The position numbers and the translations under genes are program-made. A stretch of DNA of 64,000 nucleotides from an uncultured Bradyrhizobium sp. (GTDB lineage Bacteria; Pseudomonadota; Alphaproteobacteria; Rhizobiales; Xanthobacteraceae): NCBI RefSeq assembly GCF_936943645.1, contig NZ_CAKZJO010000101.1:28127-92126 (forward strand), read 5' to 3'. Numbering within the stretch: the first letter of the stretch is position 1; every line of letters starts with the position of its first letter. This document shows, one piece after another, positions 10,294 to 20,448 of the stretch. The notes beneath the pieces are model-generated. The model ran no database searches. It saw only the letters and a program-made list of their open reading frames with translations, and had not been told where the DNA came from.

Positions 10294-10420
10294 CGGGCCA
10301 AATGCGTCTCACGCGCTCGCCTCCGGCGGGCGCGTCTGTCGCGTGCATCCCCTGGTCTTTCGAACTTCGTGGGCTGCCGTTCAGGGCCACGAACTCGAAC
10401 TGCGTATCTTGGGGTCTCCG

Positions 10421-12514
10421 ATGCTCAACCGCTTGACCGTATCCGCGCTGCTGAAGACGGTGATCCTCTCCACCGCACTCGTCGTCGTCATCGGCTTCTC
10501 GATCAACGCTTGGAGCTCATGGGGCCGGCTGCAGCAGGCCAACCGGATCGTCGCGGTTTCGACCGCCTCGGCCGAAGTGTTCAAGGCGATGGCCAACATC
10601 CGGGCCGACCGCTCGACCAGCAACCGCCAGCTCACCTCCGATGTCGCGATGGACAAGGACATCGAGAAATACATCCGCGAGATTCGCGGCGCCTTGATGC
10701 CGGCGCTGGCCAGCACGCTCGAGATCCTGCCCACGACCGATGTCGCCCAACGCGAGGCGTTCATCGCTGATCTTGGCAAGCTGAACAAGACGCTGCTGGC
10801 CGCACAGGCCGAGTTCTGGACCGAGGTCGTGAAGCCCAAGGCCGAGCGCCGCGCAGGCCTCGCCAAGGAATATGTCGCGACCGAAGACGCGCTGATGGCG
10901 CAGCTCGAAAAGCTCTCGGGCGGGCTCGCCGCCAGCGTCAACCACCAGGACGCCACCATCGACCAGCTCCTGACCATCAAGCAGATGGCCTGGCTGCTGC
11001 GCAACACCGCCGGCGAGTCCTCGCAGCTCGTCGGCAACGCAATCAACGCCGGCAAGATCGCGCCCGAGGTGCAGCTCGCCTATACCAAATTCGTCGGCGG
11101 CACAGACGCCGCCTGGACCGCGATCGAGCTGGCCGCCTCCGGCATGCAATTGCCGCCGGCGCTGGCGGCGGCGATGACCGAAACCAAGTCGACCTATTTC
11201 GATCCGCAATACGCCGCCACACGCGACGGCATCATCACGACGGTCGCCAAGGGCGAGAAGCCGTCCATGACCGCCAACCAGTGGAGCCCCTATTCGGTGC
11301 CCCGCATGATGACGGCAGTGAGGCTGGCCGACGCCGCCCTGCAGACCGCCAAGGACCACTCCGCCGCGCAGCGGGCGGCCGCCGTGCAGTCACTGATCGT
11401 CAATACCGCGCTGCTCATCGCCGCGATCGTCCTGACCGGCGCTACCATGCTGGCCGTCAGCCGCCGCGTGATCACGCCGCTGCACCGGATTCGCGACGCC
11501 ATGCTCGAGGTTGCCGGCGGCGACCTTGCCGTCGACAGCGGCTATCTCGACCGTCACGACGAGATCGGCTCGCTCGCCGGCGCGCTCGAAACCTTCAAGC
11601 AGCAGGCCATCGACAAGCTCAAGATCGAAGAGCAGGAGCGCGAGCGCAACGCCGGCGCCGCCGCGCGCCAGCGCGCGATGGAAGCCTATGTCGGCGAGTT
11701 CGAAGGCGTGGTGCGCAAATCACTCGGCGAGCTGAGCGAAGCCTCCGACGAAATGCGCAAGACCTCGGGCGATCTGTCCGCCGTATCGCGCCAGACCAAT
11801 GAACGTGTCGAGATCGCCGGCAAGGCGTCGCACGAGGCTTCGACGAGCGTCGACAGCGTCGCGGCTGCCGCCGAGGAGCTCTCGGCCTCGATCAACGACA
11901 TCAGCCAGCAGGCCGCCCACGCCGCAGGCATCGCCAGCCGCGCCGTCAATCAGGCGCGCGAGACCGACGGCACCGTGCAGGGGCTGGCGCAATCGGCGGG
12001 GCGTATCGGCGAAGTCGTCGGGCTGATCAACACCATCGCGGCACAGACCAACCTGTTGGCCTTGAACGCCACCATCGAGGCCGCACGTGCCGGCGAAGCC
12101 GGGCGCGGCTTTGCGGTCGTCGCCTCCGAGGTGAAGTCACTGGCGAGCCAGACCGCGAAGGCGACCGAGGAGATCTCCGAGCAGATCGCCGACATCCAGA
12201 AGGTCGCGGGCGATGCCATCAACGCCATCCAGGCCATCGGCGGCATCATCGGCGAAGTCAACGAGGTCGCCACCGCGATTGCCGCCGCCGTGCAGGAACA
12301 GGGCGCGGCGACCCAGGAGATCACCCGCAGCACGCAATATGCGGCCCAGGGCACCAAGAACGTCTCGGACAACATCACCGGCGTGAAGGCCGACGCCGAC
12401 ACGGCCGCAGGTGCTGCGGAGAACGTCAAGCAGGCGTCCGAGACGCTGGAGACCCAGAGCCGCCAGCTCGGCCACCAGGTCAGCGACTTCCTGGGCAAGA
12501 TCCGCGCGGCGTAA
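10421..12514 (+). CDS. Methyl-accepting chemotaxis protein, paralogue 2 (697 aa)
   Basis: Starts [20 protein letters not shown]. It is identical in length to paralogue 1. The cytoplasmic half is near-identical at protein level, and the periplasmic domain has diverged. Confidence 0.9.
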   Translation: MLNRLTVSALLKTVILSTALVVVIGFSINAWSSWGRLQQANRIVAVSTASAEVFKAMANIRADRSTSNRQLTSDVAMDKDIEKYIREIRGALMPALASTLEILPTTDVAQREAFIADLGKLNKTLLAAQAEFWTEVVKPKAERRAGLAKEYVATEDALMAQLEKLSGGLAASVNHQDATIDQLLTIKQMAWLLRNTAGESSQLVGNAINAGKIAPEVQLAYTKFVGGTDAAWTAIELAASGMQLPPALAAAMTETKSTYFDPQYAATRDGIITTVAKGEKPSMTANQWSPYSVPRMMTAVRLADAALQTAKDHSAAQRAAAVQSLIVNTALLIAAIVLTGATMLAVSRRVITPLHRIRDAMLEVAGGDLAVDSGYLDRHDEIGSLAGALETFKQQAIDKLKIEEQERERNAGAAARQRAMEAYVGEFEGVVRKSLGELSEASDEMRKTSGDLSAVSRQTNERVEIAGKASHEASTSVDSVAAAAEELSASINDISQQAAHAAGIASRAVNQARETDGTVQGLAQSAGRIGEVVGLINTIAAQTNLLALNATIEAARAGEAGRGFAVVASEVKSLASQTAKATEEISEQIADIQKVAGDAINAIQAIGGIIGEVNEVATAIAAAVQEQGAATQEITRSTQYAAQGTKNVSDNITGVKADADTAAGAAENVKQASETLETQSRQLGHQVSDFLGKIRAA

Positions 12515-12550
12515 GGGCTGCGGGTTGGAGAGAAGGCTGTCGCCACAATC

Positions 12551-12696
12551 TCCCTGTCATCCCCGCGAACGCGGGAATCCATAACCACAGGGAGTGGCTT
12601 GGCGCGAGCCGATCGCTCCGAGTCTTCGCCAAATGCCCGCCCGTGGCTATGGGTCCCGGATCTACGCGCGCCTTTCGAGGCGCGCTTGTCCGGGAC
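12551..12696. repeat. Two nested-palindrome REP elements in the MCP-2 / DUF2865 intergenic region
   Basis: Element A (12551-12593) has an outer stem tccctgt...acaggga enclosing cccgcg-aa-cgcggg. Element B (12653-12696) has an outer stem gtcccgga...tccgggac enclosing gcgcgcc-tttcga-ggcgcgc. Confidence 0.55.
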
Positions 12697-12728
12697 GACG
12701 GCGGAGATAGGACGAAAGCTTTCCGCCC

Positions 12729-13379
12729 CTACTCCTTCGCCACCACCGGGACCTGACGGAACTTCGCGCGCACCGAGTCCGGCAGCGGAGAGAAATTCAT
12801 CGCGACGCCGCGGCGGTCGTTGGCATTGCGGTTGGCAACCACGAGGCCGTCGGCGCCCGCGACGATGTCGCCCTTGCGCATGGTGGGATCGTCCTCGACC
12901 TTGACCTGAGCAAGCCCGACCGGGTCCTTGCCGTTGCAGGTGCAGCCCGCGACGATCTCGTTGCGATAGCGATACGCGTTGGGCAATTCGGAATAGGATT
13001 TTCCCTTATCCGAGGTGGCGTCGTCGATGTTGCCGCCATAGACCAGCGAGGTCTCCGACGCCGGGCAGAAGCTCTTGCAGGATTGCGCCTTGCTCTCGGC
13101 ATCGTTGCCTTGCGCCGGGAAGTAGCGGCCGTCGCAGCCGCGCACGCAATAGGCGGTGCCGCCGCCATAAGACGCCCGCTGGCGCGGCGTGTCGTATCGC
13201 TGCATGTCGTCATTGGGGAACGGCACCCGGATTTCCGGGGGCGGCCGCATGCGGAAGCCGCCAAACAGAGCCGAGAAGAAATCCTCCGCATGTGCCGCGG
13301 GCGCCAATGCCAGCCCGGCGGAGGCGACAACCAGGATCGCCGTTCCGCCAGCCACTTTGCCAATCAGGCCTCTGCTCAT
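12729..13379 (-). CDS. Secreted Cys-rich DUF2865-family protein
   Basis: It has a signal peptide (AILVVASAGLALAPAAHA) and the motif YCVRGCDGRYFP...SCKSFCP...GCTCNG typical of DUF2865. Confidence 0.7.
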   Translation of the reverse strand: MSRGLIGKVAGGTAILVVASAGLALAPAAHAEDFFSALFGGFRMRPPPEIRVPFPNDDMQRYDTPRQRASYGGGTAYCVRGCDGRYFPAQGNDAESKAQSCKSFCPASETSLVYGGNIDDATSDKGKSYSELPNAYRYRNEIVAGCTCNGKDPVGLAQVKVEDDPTMRKGDIVAGADGLVVANRNANDRRGVAMNFSPLPDSVRAKFRQVPVVAKE

Positions 13380-13399
13380 GTGACCTCACTCGATCCGAC

Positions 13400-14176
13400 T
13401 TAGTTCACGGCCGATGGCGCCGAAATATTCAGCACCTGCCGCCCCGAGGGCAGCGTCGTCACGGCCGGACGCTTGCGCACGGGGTCGCCGCCTCTGGCCA
13501 TCAGCGGGGCGTTCTTCGGCAGCACCACGACCTTGGCGCCGACATTGACGCGGCCGAACAGGTCGATGACGTCCTCGTTGGTCATGCGGATGCAGCCGGA
13601 GGAAACGAATTTTCCGATCGTGGAGGGATCGTTGGTGCCATGGATCCGGTATTCGCTGGAGCCGAGATACATCGCACGCGCACCGAGCGGGTTGCCGGGA
13701 CCGCCGGCGACGAAGCGCGGCAGATAGGGCTGCCGCGCGATCATTTCTGCCGGCGGATGCCAGTCCGGCCATTCCGCCTTGCGGCTGACGCTCTGCACGC
13801 CGGACCAGGTGAACCCTTCGCGGCCGACACCGACGCCGTAGCGAATGGCACGGCCGTTGCCGAGCACGTAGTAGAGATAGGTGCTGTTGGTGTCGATCAC
13901 GATGGTGCCGGCCGGCTCGCTGCGATCGAAGCCGACGATCTGCTTGCGCAGGCGATCGGGCAGCTGGGCATCCTCGTCGACCGCTTGCGGTGCCTCGTTG
14001 ACCGTGCCCTGCGAATACGCCTGGTCCTGCGGGTAGGCCTGTGGCTGCATCGGCGCATAGCCGAACGTCTGCGCGCTCGCGCCGCCGAACGGCACCGCGA
14101 GAAGAGCGGTTGCAAAAGCGAATGCGGTGACGACGCGCGGCGAAAAGCTGCGACGGACTGCAGAGAACTTTGTCAT
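13400..14176 (-). CDS. L,D-transpeptidase (YkuD domain)
   Basis: It has a signal peptide and the catalytic motif YRIHGTNDPSTIGKFVSSGCIRM. Confidence 0.85.
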   Translation of the reverse strand: MTKFSAVRRSFSPRVVTAFAFATALLAVPFGGASAQTFGYAPMQPQAYPQDQAYSQGTVNEAPQAVDEDAQLPDRLRKQIVGFDRSEPAGTIVIDTNSTYLYYVLGNGRAIRYGVGVGREGFTWSGVQSVSRKAEWPDWHPPAEMIARQPYLPRFVAGGPGNPLGARAMYLGSSEYRIHGTNDPSTIGKFVSSGCIRMTNEDVIDLFGRVNVGAKVVVLPKNAPLMARGGDPVRKRPAVTTLPSGRQVLNISAPSAVN

Positions 14177-14345
14177 GTGCTGCCCCGTGAAGTGTGTGCA
14201 TCAGGGTGATGCGCTGCCCAATGAACTCCGAAAGGGCGCCCCAAGTTCCGGTGCAGCGAGCGGCAGCCATGTCACAGTCAAGCGAGCACGGCTTCACGAT
14301 GCCGCGATGGAACCGCAGCGGGGCTCGCGCATTATCGGTCGTCAA

Positions 14346-15497
14346 ATGGGCGCGCGGACGAGGCCTCCGTGCGGGAGAGAGATTGTGCGCGTCCTTCCGA
14401 GTGAACGTCTGAGTCCCGGCAATAGCGAAGGCGACCCGCTTCCCGACAGCCGTAGTGAGCTGCCGCCGGTCATCCGCCGCACGGAGTTCGTCGCCTTCGC
14501 GCTTGCAGGCCTGCTGCTGATTGCCTTCGTCACCGTGCTCTACGTTGGAAGGGCCTTCTTCCTGCCCGTGGTGATGGCCTTTGTCACCGGCACCATGCTG
14601 TCGCCGGCGGCGGGCTTTCTGGAGCGGTACAAGGTGCCGCGCGGACTGGGCGCCGCTCTGATCGTGGTCGCGGGGACCGCGGTGGTCGCTTTCGTGGTGG
14701 CGCTGATCGCCTCCCCGGTGATGGAGTGGAGCACGCGCCTGCCGGAGCTGGGCGCGCAACTCAAGGACAAGATGCATGTGTTCGACCGGCCGCTTGCGCT
14801 GTGGCGCGAGACGCAAGCCATGATCGGCGGCTCGGAAGGGTTGCCGAGCTTCCAGATGCCCAAGGTCGAGTGGGTGCAGCCGACCTTGGAATTCCTGTCA
14901 CCGACCTTTACCGAATTCCTGCTGTTCTTCGTCACCCTGATCCTGTTCATCGCCAGCTGGCGCGACCTGCGGCGCGCCATGATCATGACCTTCAGCGATC
15001 ATGACGCGCGGCTTCGCACGCTCCGGATACTCAACGAGATCGAGGTGCATCTCGGCAATTATCTCCTGACGGTGACGCTCATCAACGTCGGCGTCGGTGT
15101 CGGCACCGGTCTCATCTGCGCGCTCACCGGAATGCCCAATCCGGCCGGGCTCGGCGCGCTCGCAGCAACGCTCAACTTCATCCCGATCATCGGGCCGGTC
15201 GCGATGTTCGCGGTGCTGGTCGTGGTGGGTTTGGTCGCCTTTCCGACCATCAGCGGCGGCCTGATGGCGGCACTTGCCTTCGGCGGTCTTACTTTTCTGG
15301 AGGGGCACTTCATCACTCCGACCATCATCGGCAGGCGGCTCGCGCTGAATGCCCTCGCAGTCCTGCTTGCGCTGGCGTTCTGGACCTGGATGTGGGGCCC
15401 GATGGGTGCCTTTCTGTCGTCGCCGCTCTTGATCGTGGCCCTGATCGTCAAAGAGCATCTGTTGCCGGCGAATTCGCCGCAGCTGCCGCGAGCCTGA
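14346..15497 (+). CDS. AI-2E family (PerM/YhhT-like) transporter
   Basis: This is a multi-TM protein with typical AI-2E C-terminal blocks (LNFIPIIGPV, FLEGHFITPTIIGRRLALNALAVLLAL.FW.W.WGP.GAFL). The start is uncertain between ATG 14346 and GTG 14385. The GTG is preceded by GGGAGAGAG. Confidence 0.8.
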   Translation: MGARTRPPCGREIVRVLPSERLSPGNSEGDPLPDSRSELPPVIRRTEFVAFALAGLLLIAFVTVLYVGRAFFLPVVMAFVTGTMLSPAAGFLERYKVPRGLGAALIVVAGTAVVAFVVALIASPVMEWSTRLPELGAQLKDKMHVFDRPLALWRETQAMIGGSEGLPSFQMPKVEWVQPTLEFLSPTFTEFLLFFVTLILFIASWRDLRRAMIMTFSDHDARLRTLRILNEIEVHLGNYLLTVTLINVGVGVGTGLICALTGMPNPAGLGALAATLNFIPIIGPVAMFAVLVVVGLVAFPTISGGLMAALAFGGLTFLEGHFITPTIIGRRLALNALAVLLALAFWTWMWGPMGAFLSSPLLIVALIVKEHLLPANSPQLPRA

Positions 15498-15575
15498 CCG
15501 GTTTCCACGAACGGAACTTCCCCGACCACGAAACGTTCTCCGGCTATCTCAGCCGTCAACAGTTTGGAGCTCCCG

Positions 15576-15947
15576 ATGTCCGCGACCAGCACCGAAGCCG
15601 GGATGAGAGACTGGACCGACAAAGCCACCAGAGAACGCCTCGAAAAGGATGTAGCAGCCGTGAAAAGCGATATCGCCGCCCTCACCGACCAGATCACCGA
15701 CGCGCTCAACACCTTTGCCAATTCCACGAGCAGGCAGGCCCGCCGCGGCTACCGCCAGGCCCGCGAGAACATGGACACCGCGATGGACGACATGTCGGAG
15801 CGCGGCAGCGCGATGATGGGCGCGGCCCAGGAAGCCTACGGATCGATCGAAGAGACGCTCGAAGACGCCATCACCCAGCGGCCGCTTGCGACGGTCGGCC
15901 TCGCGCTCGGGATCGGCTTTTTGATCGGCGCCGCCTGGCGCCGGTAG
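15576..15947 (+). CDS. DUF883 (ElaB/YqjD-like) membrane-anchored protein
   Basis: The ATG is preceded by GGAG. A coiled N-terminal region is followed by the C-terminal anchor PLATVGLALGIGFLIGAAWRR, typical of ElaB/YqjD. Confidence 0.7.
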   Translation: MSATSTEAGMRDWTDKATRERLEKDVAAVKSDIAALTDQITDALNTFANSTSRQARRGYRQARENMDTAMDDMSERGSAMMGAAQEAYGSIEETLEDAITQRPLATVGLALGIGFLIGAAWRR

Positions 15948-16025
15948 GACGCACAAACTGATGTTGAGACGGCGGCGCGGCCTGCGCCGCCGATACGGCT
16001 TGTTGGGGATCCGAGGAGCAAGGCC

Positions 16026-16481
16026 ATGTTTCAGCGCATCATCGATGGACTCAGTGCATCCACCGGAACGACTGTGCGCCTGACTTCCTTGGCCGCAGGT
16101 GCGGCGTTCGCCTTGTTCATCACCACCTGCTTCCTTTGTGCGGCAGCCTTCATCTCCGTGCTCGACAAATATGGTCCGGTGCAAGCTTGCCTCGCCGGCG
16201 CAGGCGTCTTCTTTCTCCTGACCTTGGCCGCAGCTGTGAGCTATTGGGCCTACAAGCGGGAGCTGCGCAAGCAAGCCCAGATCGCGGCCGAGCGTGCCGC
16301 GAAGTCGGCGGCGCAGAGCATGCTCGCGGACCCCATGCTGCTCGCCACCGGGCTCCAGATCGCGCGCGCCATCGGGATCAAGCGGCTGCTGCCGATCCTG
16401 GCGATCGGCGGCGTTGCCCTCGGCATCATGGCGAGCCGTGCCGGCGTGTCCGACGAGGTATCGGCCGAACCGGCCGAGTAA
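16026..16481 (+). CDS. Membrane protein (YqjE / holin-X-like partner of DUF883)
   Basis: The 151-aa product has two to three TM segments. It sits immediately downstream of the DUF883 gene, as in yqjD-yqjE pairs. The assignment rests on context and topology only. Confidence 0.5.
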   Translation: MFQRIIDGLSASTGTTVRLTSLAAGAAFALFITTCFLCAAAFISVLDKYGPVQACLAGAGVFFLLTLAAAVSYWAYKRELRKQAQIAAERAAKSAAQSMLADPMLLATGLQIARAIGIKRLLPILAIGGVALGIMASRAGVSDEVSAEPAE

Positions 16482-16657
16482 GGGCCGGGTCGCGTTAAGA
16501 AAATTTCGTCCGCAAGACCAGCGCGGCGCGTGGGGGTAATCATTGGCCGCTCTTGCGCAATTTTGAGAACACGGCCTCCCCTCACGCAAACGCTACTCGG
16601 ATGGGCAGGCGGTTGCCGCTAAAAGCAGCATCCTGATTCTCAAAGCTATTTTACTCA

Positions 16658-17800
16658 ATGAAACCGTCCGTCCAGGCGAATCTTGCCGCATTCCACCATG
16701 ACGCCAGGCTCTATTTGACGCTCGGCATCGCCAATTGGTCGGTGTTCGTCGACCACATCCCGAACAACGTCGTCAACCTGCTGACGCTGCGTAACTTCGG
16801 CTTCAGCGGCGCCGCCGACCTGTTCGTGTTCGTGGTAGGTTACGGCGTCGCGATCATCCACGGCCGGATCGCACTGGAGCGCGGCTATCTTGTCGCCGCG
16901 ACGCGCATCTTCCGCCGCGTCTGGCGGCTCTATGCCGCCTATGTCGTGCTGTTCGTGATCTACATCGACACCATCGCCTACGTCGCCTCGCAGTCGATGG
17001 CTCCGGAAATCATCCACGAGTACAATATTTCCGGGATTCTCGAGCATCCGCTGCGCATCCTTGTCCGCGGCCTCATGCTCCAGGAGGAGCCGCTGAATCT
17101 CGATCTCCTGCAATTGATGATCCCGCTGATGGCGTTTTTCCCATTCGCACTGTGGGGCCTGTTGCGGCGGCCGAACGTGACGCTGGCGGCGTCGGTCGCG
17201 CTCTATCTCGCCGCGCGCTGGTTCGACTGGAATTTTCGGGTCTACCCGGACCAGGAATGGACCTTCAATCCGCTGTGCTGGCAGATGCTGATGGTGCTCG
17301 GCGGCTGGTTCGCCGTGACAGGCGCATCGGGACGCGTGCTGCGCGAGATGAGCTGGCTGCGGATACTTGCGGGGACCTATCTCATCTTCGCGATGGCCGT
17401 CACCTTGTTGCGCCATTCGCCCGAATTGTCCGCCTACCTGCCGGATTTTCTACTCGGCAGCATAGCGCCGACCGACAAGGAAAACCTCGCGCCCTATCGC
17501 GTGGTCCACTTCCTCGCGCTTGCGCTGCTGGCGACCCATCTGATCCCGGCCGATCACCCCGGCCTGCGGCTGAAGCCGCTCCAGGCAGTCATCAAATGCG
17601 GCGAGGAATGGCTCGCCGTGTTCTGCGTCGGCGTGTTCCTGTCCTTCGCCGGCCACCTCATCCTGATCACCAGCGCCAATCTGGTGGTGATGCAGATCGT
17701 GGTGAGCCTCGTCGGCTTCGCGGCAATGACCGCGGTGGCCTACTATATCGCCTGGTCGAAATGGCAGGACCTGCCCGCGGCCTTGCGGCAGCAGGCCTAG
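16658..17800 (+). CDS. opgC: OpgC-family membrane acyltransferase-like protein
   Basis: The N-terminus RLYLTLGIANWSVFVDHIPNNVVNLLTLRNFGFSGAADLFVFVVGY and about 10 TM segments resemble OpgC (glucan succinylation) proteins. Confidence 0.7.
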   Translation: MKPSVQANLAAFHHDARLYLTLGIANWSVFVDHIPNNVVNLLTLRNFGFSGAADLFVFVVGYGVAIIHGRIALERGYLVAATRIFRRVWRLYAAYVVLFVIYIDTIAYVASQSMAPEIIHEYNISGILEHPLRILVRGLMLQEEPLNLDLLQLMIPLMAFFPFALWGLLRRPNVTLAASVALYLAARWFDWNFRVYPDQEWTFNPLCWQMLMVLGGWFAVTGASGRVLREMSWLRILAGTYLIFAMAVTLLRHSPELSAYLPDFLLGSIAPTDKENLAPYRVVHFLALALLATHLIPADHPGLRLKPLQAVIKCGEEWLAVFCVGVFLSFAGHLILITSANLVVMQIVVSLVGFAAMTAVAYYIAWSKWQDLPAALRQQA

Positions 17801-17879
17801 CGAACGATCGAATTCCCTAGGCCGGCCGCCGCGGCTACGCTATCCCGGAGTGGAAGCGGGTTGCGCGAGGAGACCGGGC

Positions 17880-18494
17880 GTGGTGATGGCAAATGGCGGG
17901 GGTGAAGGGGCGGAGGGTGCCCCCCGGCGCGGCCGGCCGCGATCGGTCGAGACCAGCAACGCCATTCTCGAAAGCGCCTATGTGCTGATGGCCTCCACGG
18001 GCCTTGCCGCCACCACCATCGACGCGGTCGCCCGCCATTCCAGCGTCTCCAAGATGACGATCTACAAATGGTGGCCGTCCCGCGAGGCGCTTCTGATCGA
18101 CGCCTTTCTTCAGCATGCCGCGCAGATGCTGCCGCTGCCGCCGGAGAGCTCCGGCAGCCCGGCTGCGCGCGCCCGCCGTCACGCCACGGCCTATGCCGAG
18201 GCGCTGCAGGGCGAGTTCGGCAAGGTCCAGCTCGCCGTCATCTCCGAATGCATCTCCAAGACCGGATCCGCCGAACTGTTCTATGCCCGCTATCTGCAAT
18301 TCCGCCGCGACGCCCTGGTGGAGATGATCGCGGCGGGCCAGCACGACGGCAGCATTTTGGCCGAAGGGCCGGCCGAGGATCTCTACGACGCAATCTATGG
18401 CGGCTTGTTCTATCGTTACGTCTTCGGCATCGCGCCGATCACGCCCGGCTACGCCCGCAATCTGGTCGACCTGGTGCTGCGGCCGAAGGGATAG
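17880..18494 (+). CDS. TetR-family transcriptional regulator
   Basis: The HTH is TTIDAVARHSSVSKMTIYKWWPSREALLIDAF. The best start is GTG 17880, 7 nt after GAGGAG. ATG 17886 and GTG 17850 are also in frame. Confidence 0.85.
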   Translation: MVMANGGGEGAEGAPRRGRPRSVETSNAILESAYVLMASTGLAATTIDAVARHSSVSKMTIYKWWPSREALLIDAFLQHAAQMLPLPPESSGSPAARARRHATAYAEALQGEFGKVQLAVISECISKTGSAELFYARYLQFRRDALVEMIAAGQHDGSILAEGPAEDLYDAIYGGLFYRYVFGIAPITPGYARNLVDLVLRPKG

Positions 18495-20186
18495 CTATCG
18501 CGCTGGCCGCACCGGCGCCGAGATCTTGTCCGTGCGATCGCGTTCGGTCATGTCGACCACCGTCTCCATCGGCGCAGTCAGTTCATAGACGTAGGAGACG
18601 TCGGTGAAATAGCGCTTGGCGGTGCCCCCCAACGCCTCGGGGGCAACACGGTCGAGCAGGATCAGGCCGAAATCGGAATCGGGACGGCGGGTCGCCTCGC
18701 TGGTGTTGAACTCCTCCCAGCGGAACTGGAAGACCTCGTCGGGCTCCTCACCCGTCACCGTCCAGCTTGCGGTGATGTGCGGATGCTTTCCGACCAGCGA
18801 CAGGCCCTCGTCGGAATGCGAGGCGAGTTCGAAGAACAGCAGCGAGAGGCTCTGCGCCGCGCGTGCGCTGACCGCGATATCGGGCCCGGTGACGGCGATG
18901 CGGTCAGCATGCGGGATGGCCCGCGCCTCGAACAGGCCTTTCAACTTGACGCCCTGCCACTGGCTCTCGCTGAGCAGCGAGACCACGTTGGACATGGCAT
19001 GGATGCGCCCGATCAGAAGCTCGCGGGCGACATCGATGTCCGCGCCGTGGCGCAAGGTGCGCGTCACGATCGACTGGATCACCGCCAGGATGTTCTTGAC
19101 CCGGTGGTTGAGCTCGTCGATCACGGCGGTCAAGCGGCGCTCGAAGCCGATTCGGACCTGGATTTCCCGGCTGAGCCGCAGATTGTTGTAGGCGACATAG
19201 CCGAACAGGCCGCACACCATCGCCGTGATCGCAAAACCGATCGCCGCCACGATGATCGCGGTCTGCTCCGCGCGTCGCACCGAGTTGGTCTTGGCGTAGT
19301 AGCCGAGCTGCCAATCACGGCCACCGAAGCTCACCGTGCGCGTCGCCGACGGCGCCGGCCCGTCCGCCGCCACCCTGCGCGTCGAGACCACGCCCTGGTC
19401 GTTGGCGATCAGCTCGCCACCTTCCTTGCGGGGATCCCTGAGCGCGACCGAGAACAGCGACATGTCGTCATTGGTCAGCATCAGCGAGGCGAGCTCGTAG
19501 GAAAACGTGACGAAGCCGGCCGGCTCGGTTGCCCCCTCGGGAATGACGGGCGCAGCCACGATGACGCCGATGGGCCCGTTCTCCCGCAACAACGGAATCG
19601 GGTCCGAGGCGACCGATCTCTTCTCGACCCGGGCGCGCGTCAGCATGGCGCTGCGAACCGGGTCCTGGTCGTAACTCCGGCCCGGCAGAGTCTTGGTCTC
19701 GTCGCTGCGCGGCTCGAGATCCAACAGCACGTCGATCGGCTCGGTGATGTCAGCGGGATTGATCGACTTGTCGTCAAAGGTGCGGATCTTCGGGTTCGGG
19801 AAGCCGGCGCCCCCGATGGCAGCCTGCGCCGCAGTCAGTTCGTTCGGCTTCAGCCGGGCGATCCAGCCGGCCACCACGAAATCCGTCTTGAACGCGTAGA
19901 TGGCCGAGCGCAGCGGCTCCAGCATGTTCGGCTTGATCACGGATGGCGCGCGGAACAGGCCTGAGGCGACACGGGCGAGCAGTTCGCGCTCCGTGAGCCG
20001 ATCCTGGACCAGGCTGGCGTGAACGTCGATCGCACGGGCGAGCGCGATCCGGTCCAGCGCCAGCTCCTGGTCGTGGACGCGATAGGCCGCAAGCCCGGAG
20101 AGCAAGGCCCCGAGCAGAGCGATGAAACCGATGATGAAACCCAGCCGGACCACGCGACTACTCAGGCGAAGGCAGGAGGTCGGCAA
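18495..20186 (-). CDS. Sensor histidine kinase: CHASE-like periplasmic domain plus HWE/HisKA_2 kinase core
   Basis: Domain order is TM1, a periplasmic domain of about 270 aa, TM2 (AIIVAAIGFAITAMVCGLFGYVAY), then the H-box ELNHRVKNILAVIQSIV typical of HWE/HisKA_2 kinases. There is no adjacent response regulator. Confidence 0.8.
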   Translation of the reverse strand: MPTSCLRLSSRVVRLGFIIGFIALLGALLSGLAAYRVHDQELALDRIALARAIDVHASLVQDRLTERELLARVASGLFRAPSVIKPNMLEPLRSAIYAFKTDFVVAGWIARLKPNELTAAQAAIGGAGFPNPKIRTFDDKSINPADITEPIDVLLDLEPRSDETKTLPGRSYDQDPVRSAMLTRARVEKRSVASDPIPLLRENGPIGVIVAAPVIPEGATEPAGFVTFSYELASLMLTNDDMSLFSVALRDPRKEGGELIANDQGVVSTRRVAADGPAPSATRTVSFGGRDWQLGYYAKTNSVRRAEQTAIIVAAIGFAITAMVCGLFGYVAYNNLRLSREIQVRIGFERRLTAVIDELNHRVKNILAVIQSIVTRTLRHGADIDVARELLIGRIHAMSNVVSLLSESQWQGVKLKGLFEARAIPHADRIAVTGPDIAVSARAAQSLSLLFFELASHSDEGLSLVGKHPHITASWTVTGEEPDEVFQFRWEEFNTSEATRRPDSDFGLILLDRVAPEALGGTAKRYFTDVSYVYELTAPMETVVDMTERDRTDKISAPVRPAR

Positions 20187-20311
20187 TAAACAGGGAGCAT
20201 ATGAACGCCGCTCGAACGGCCATGTGCCGAAACAGGGTGGACCCCAGTGGCAGAGATAATGGAGGAGGAGGCATCAGTACGCAACTTGGGTCGCCCGAAA
20301 AGCTTAATCCG

Positions 20312-20333
20312 CCCGGCCAATGGTCTGGCCGGG
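20312..20333 (-). terminator. Possible terminator after ureG
   Basis: An 8-bp stem cccggcca / tggccggg with a 6-nt loop lies 115 nt downstream of the ureG stop on the minus strand. The T-run is weak and displaced (cttttc). Confidence 0.35.
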
Positions 20334-20448
20334 ATGATTTGCCCGGGCACCGGAGGTAATCAATCGCCGTGTCCGAAATTTGTTCCGTCGTCGCGGCCCG
20401 GACCCCAAGGTTAATGGCGAAAAACGCATGCGCCAGTTCGTCGCGCCG

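Noticed and set aside
12599-12904. 101-aa plus-strand ORF in the MCP-2 / DUF2865 spacer
   Set aside because: It reads straight through two REP palindromes and into the antisense of the DUF2865 gene. Its Arg/Pro-rich composition is typical of non-coding GC-rich DNA.
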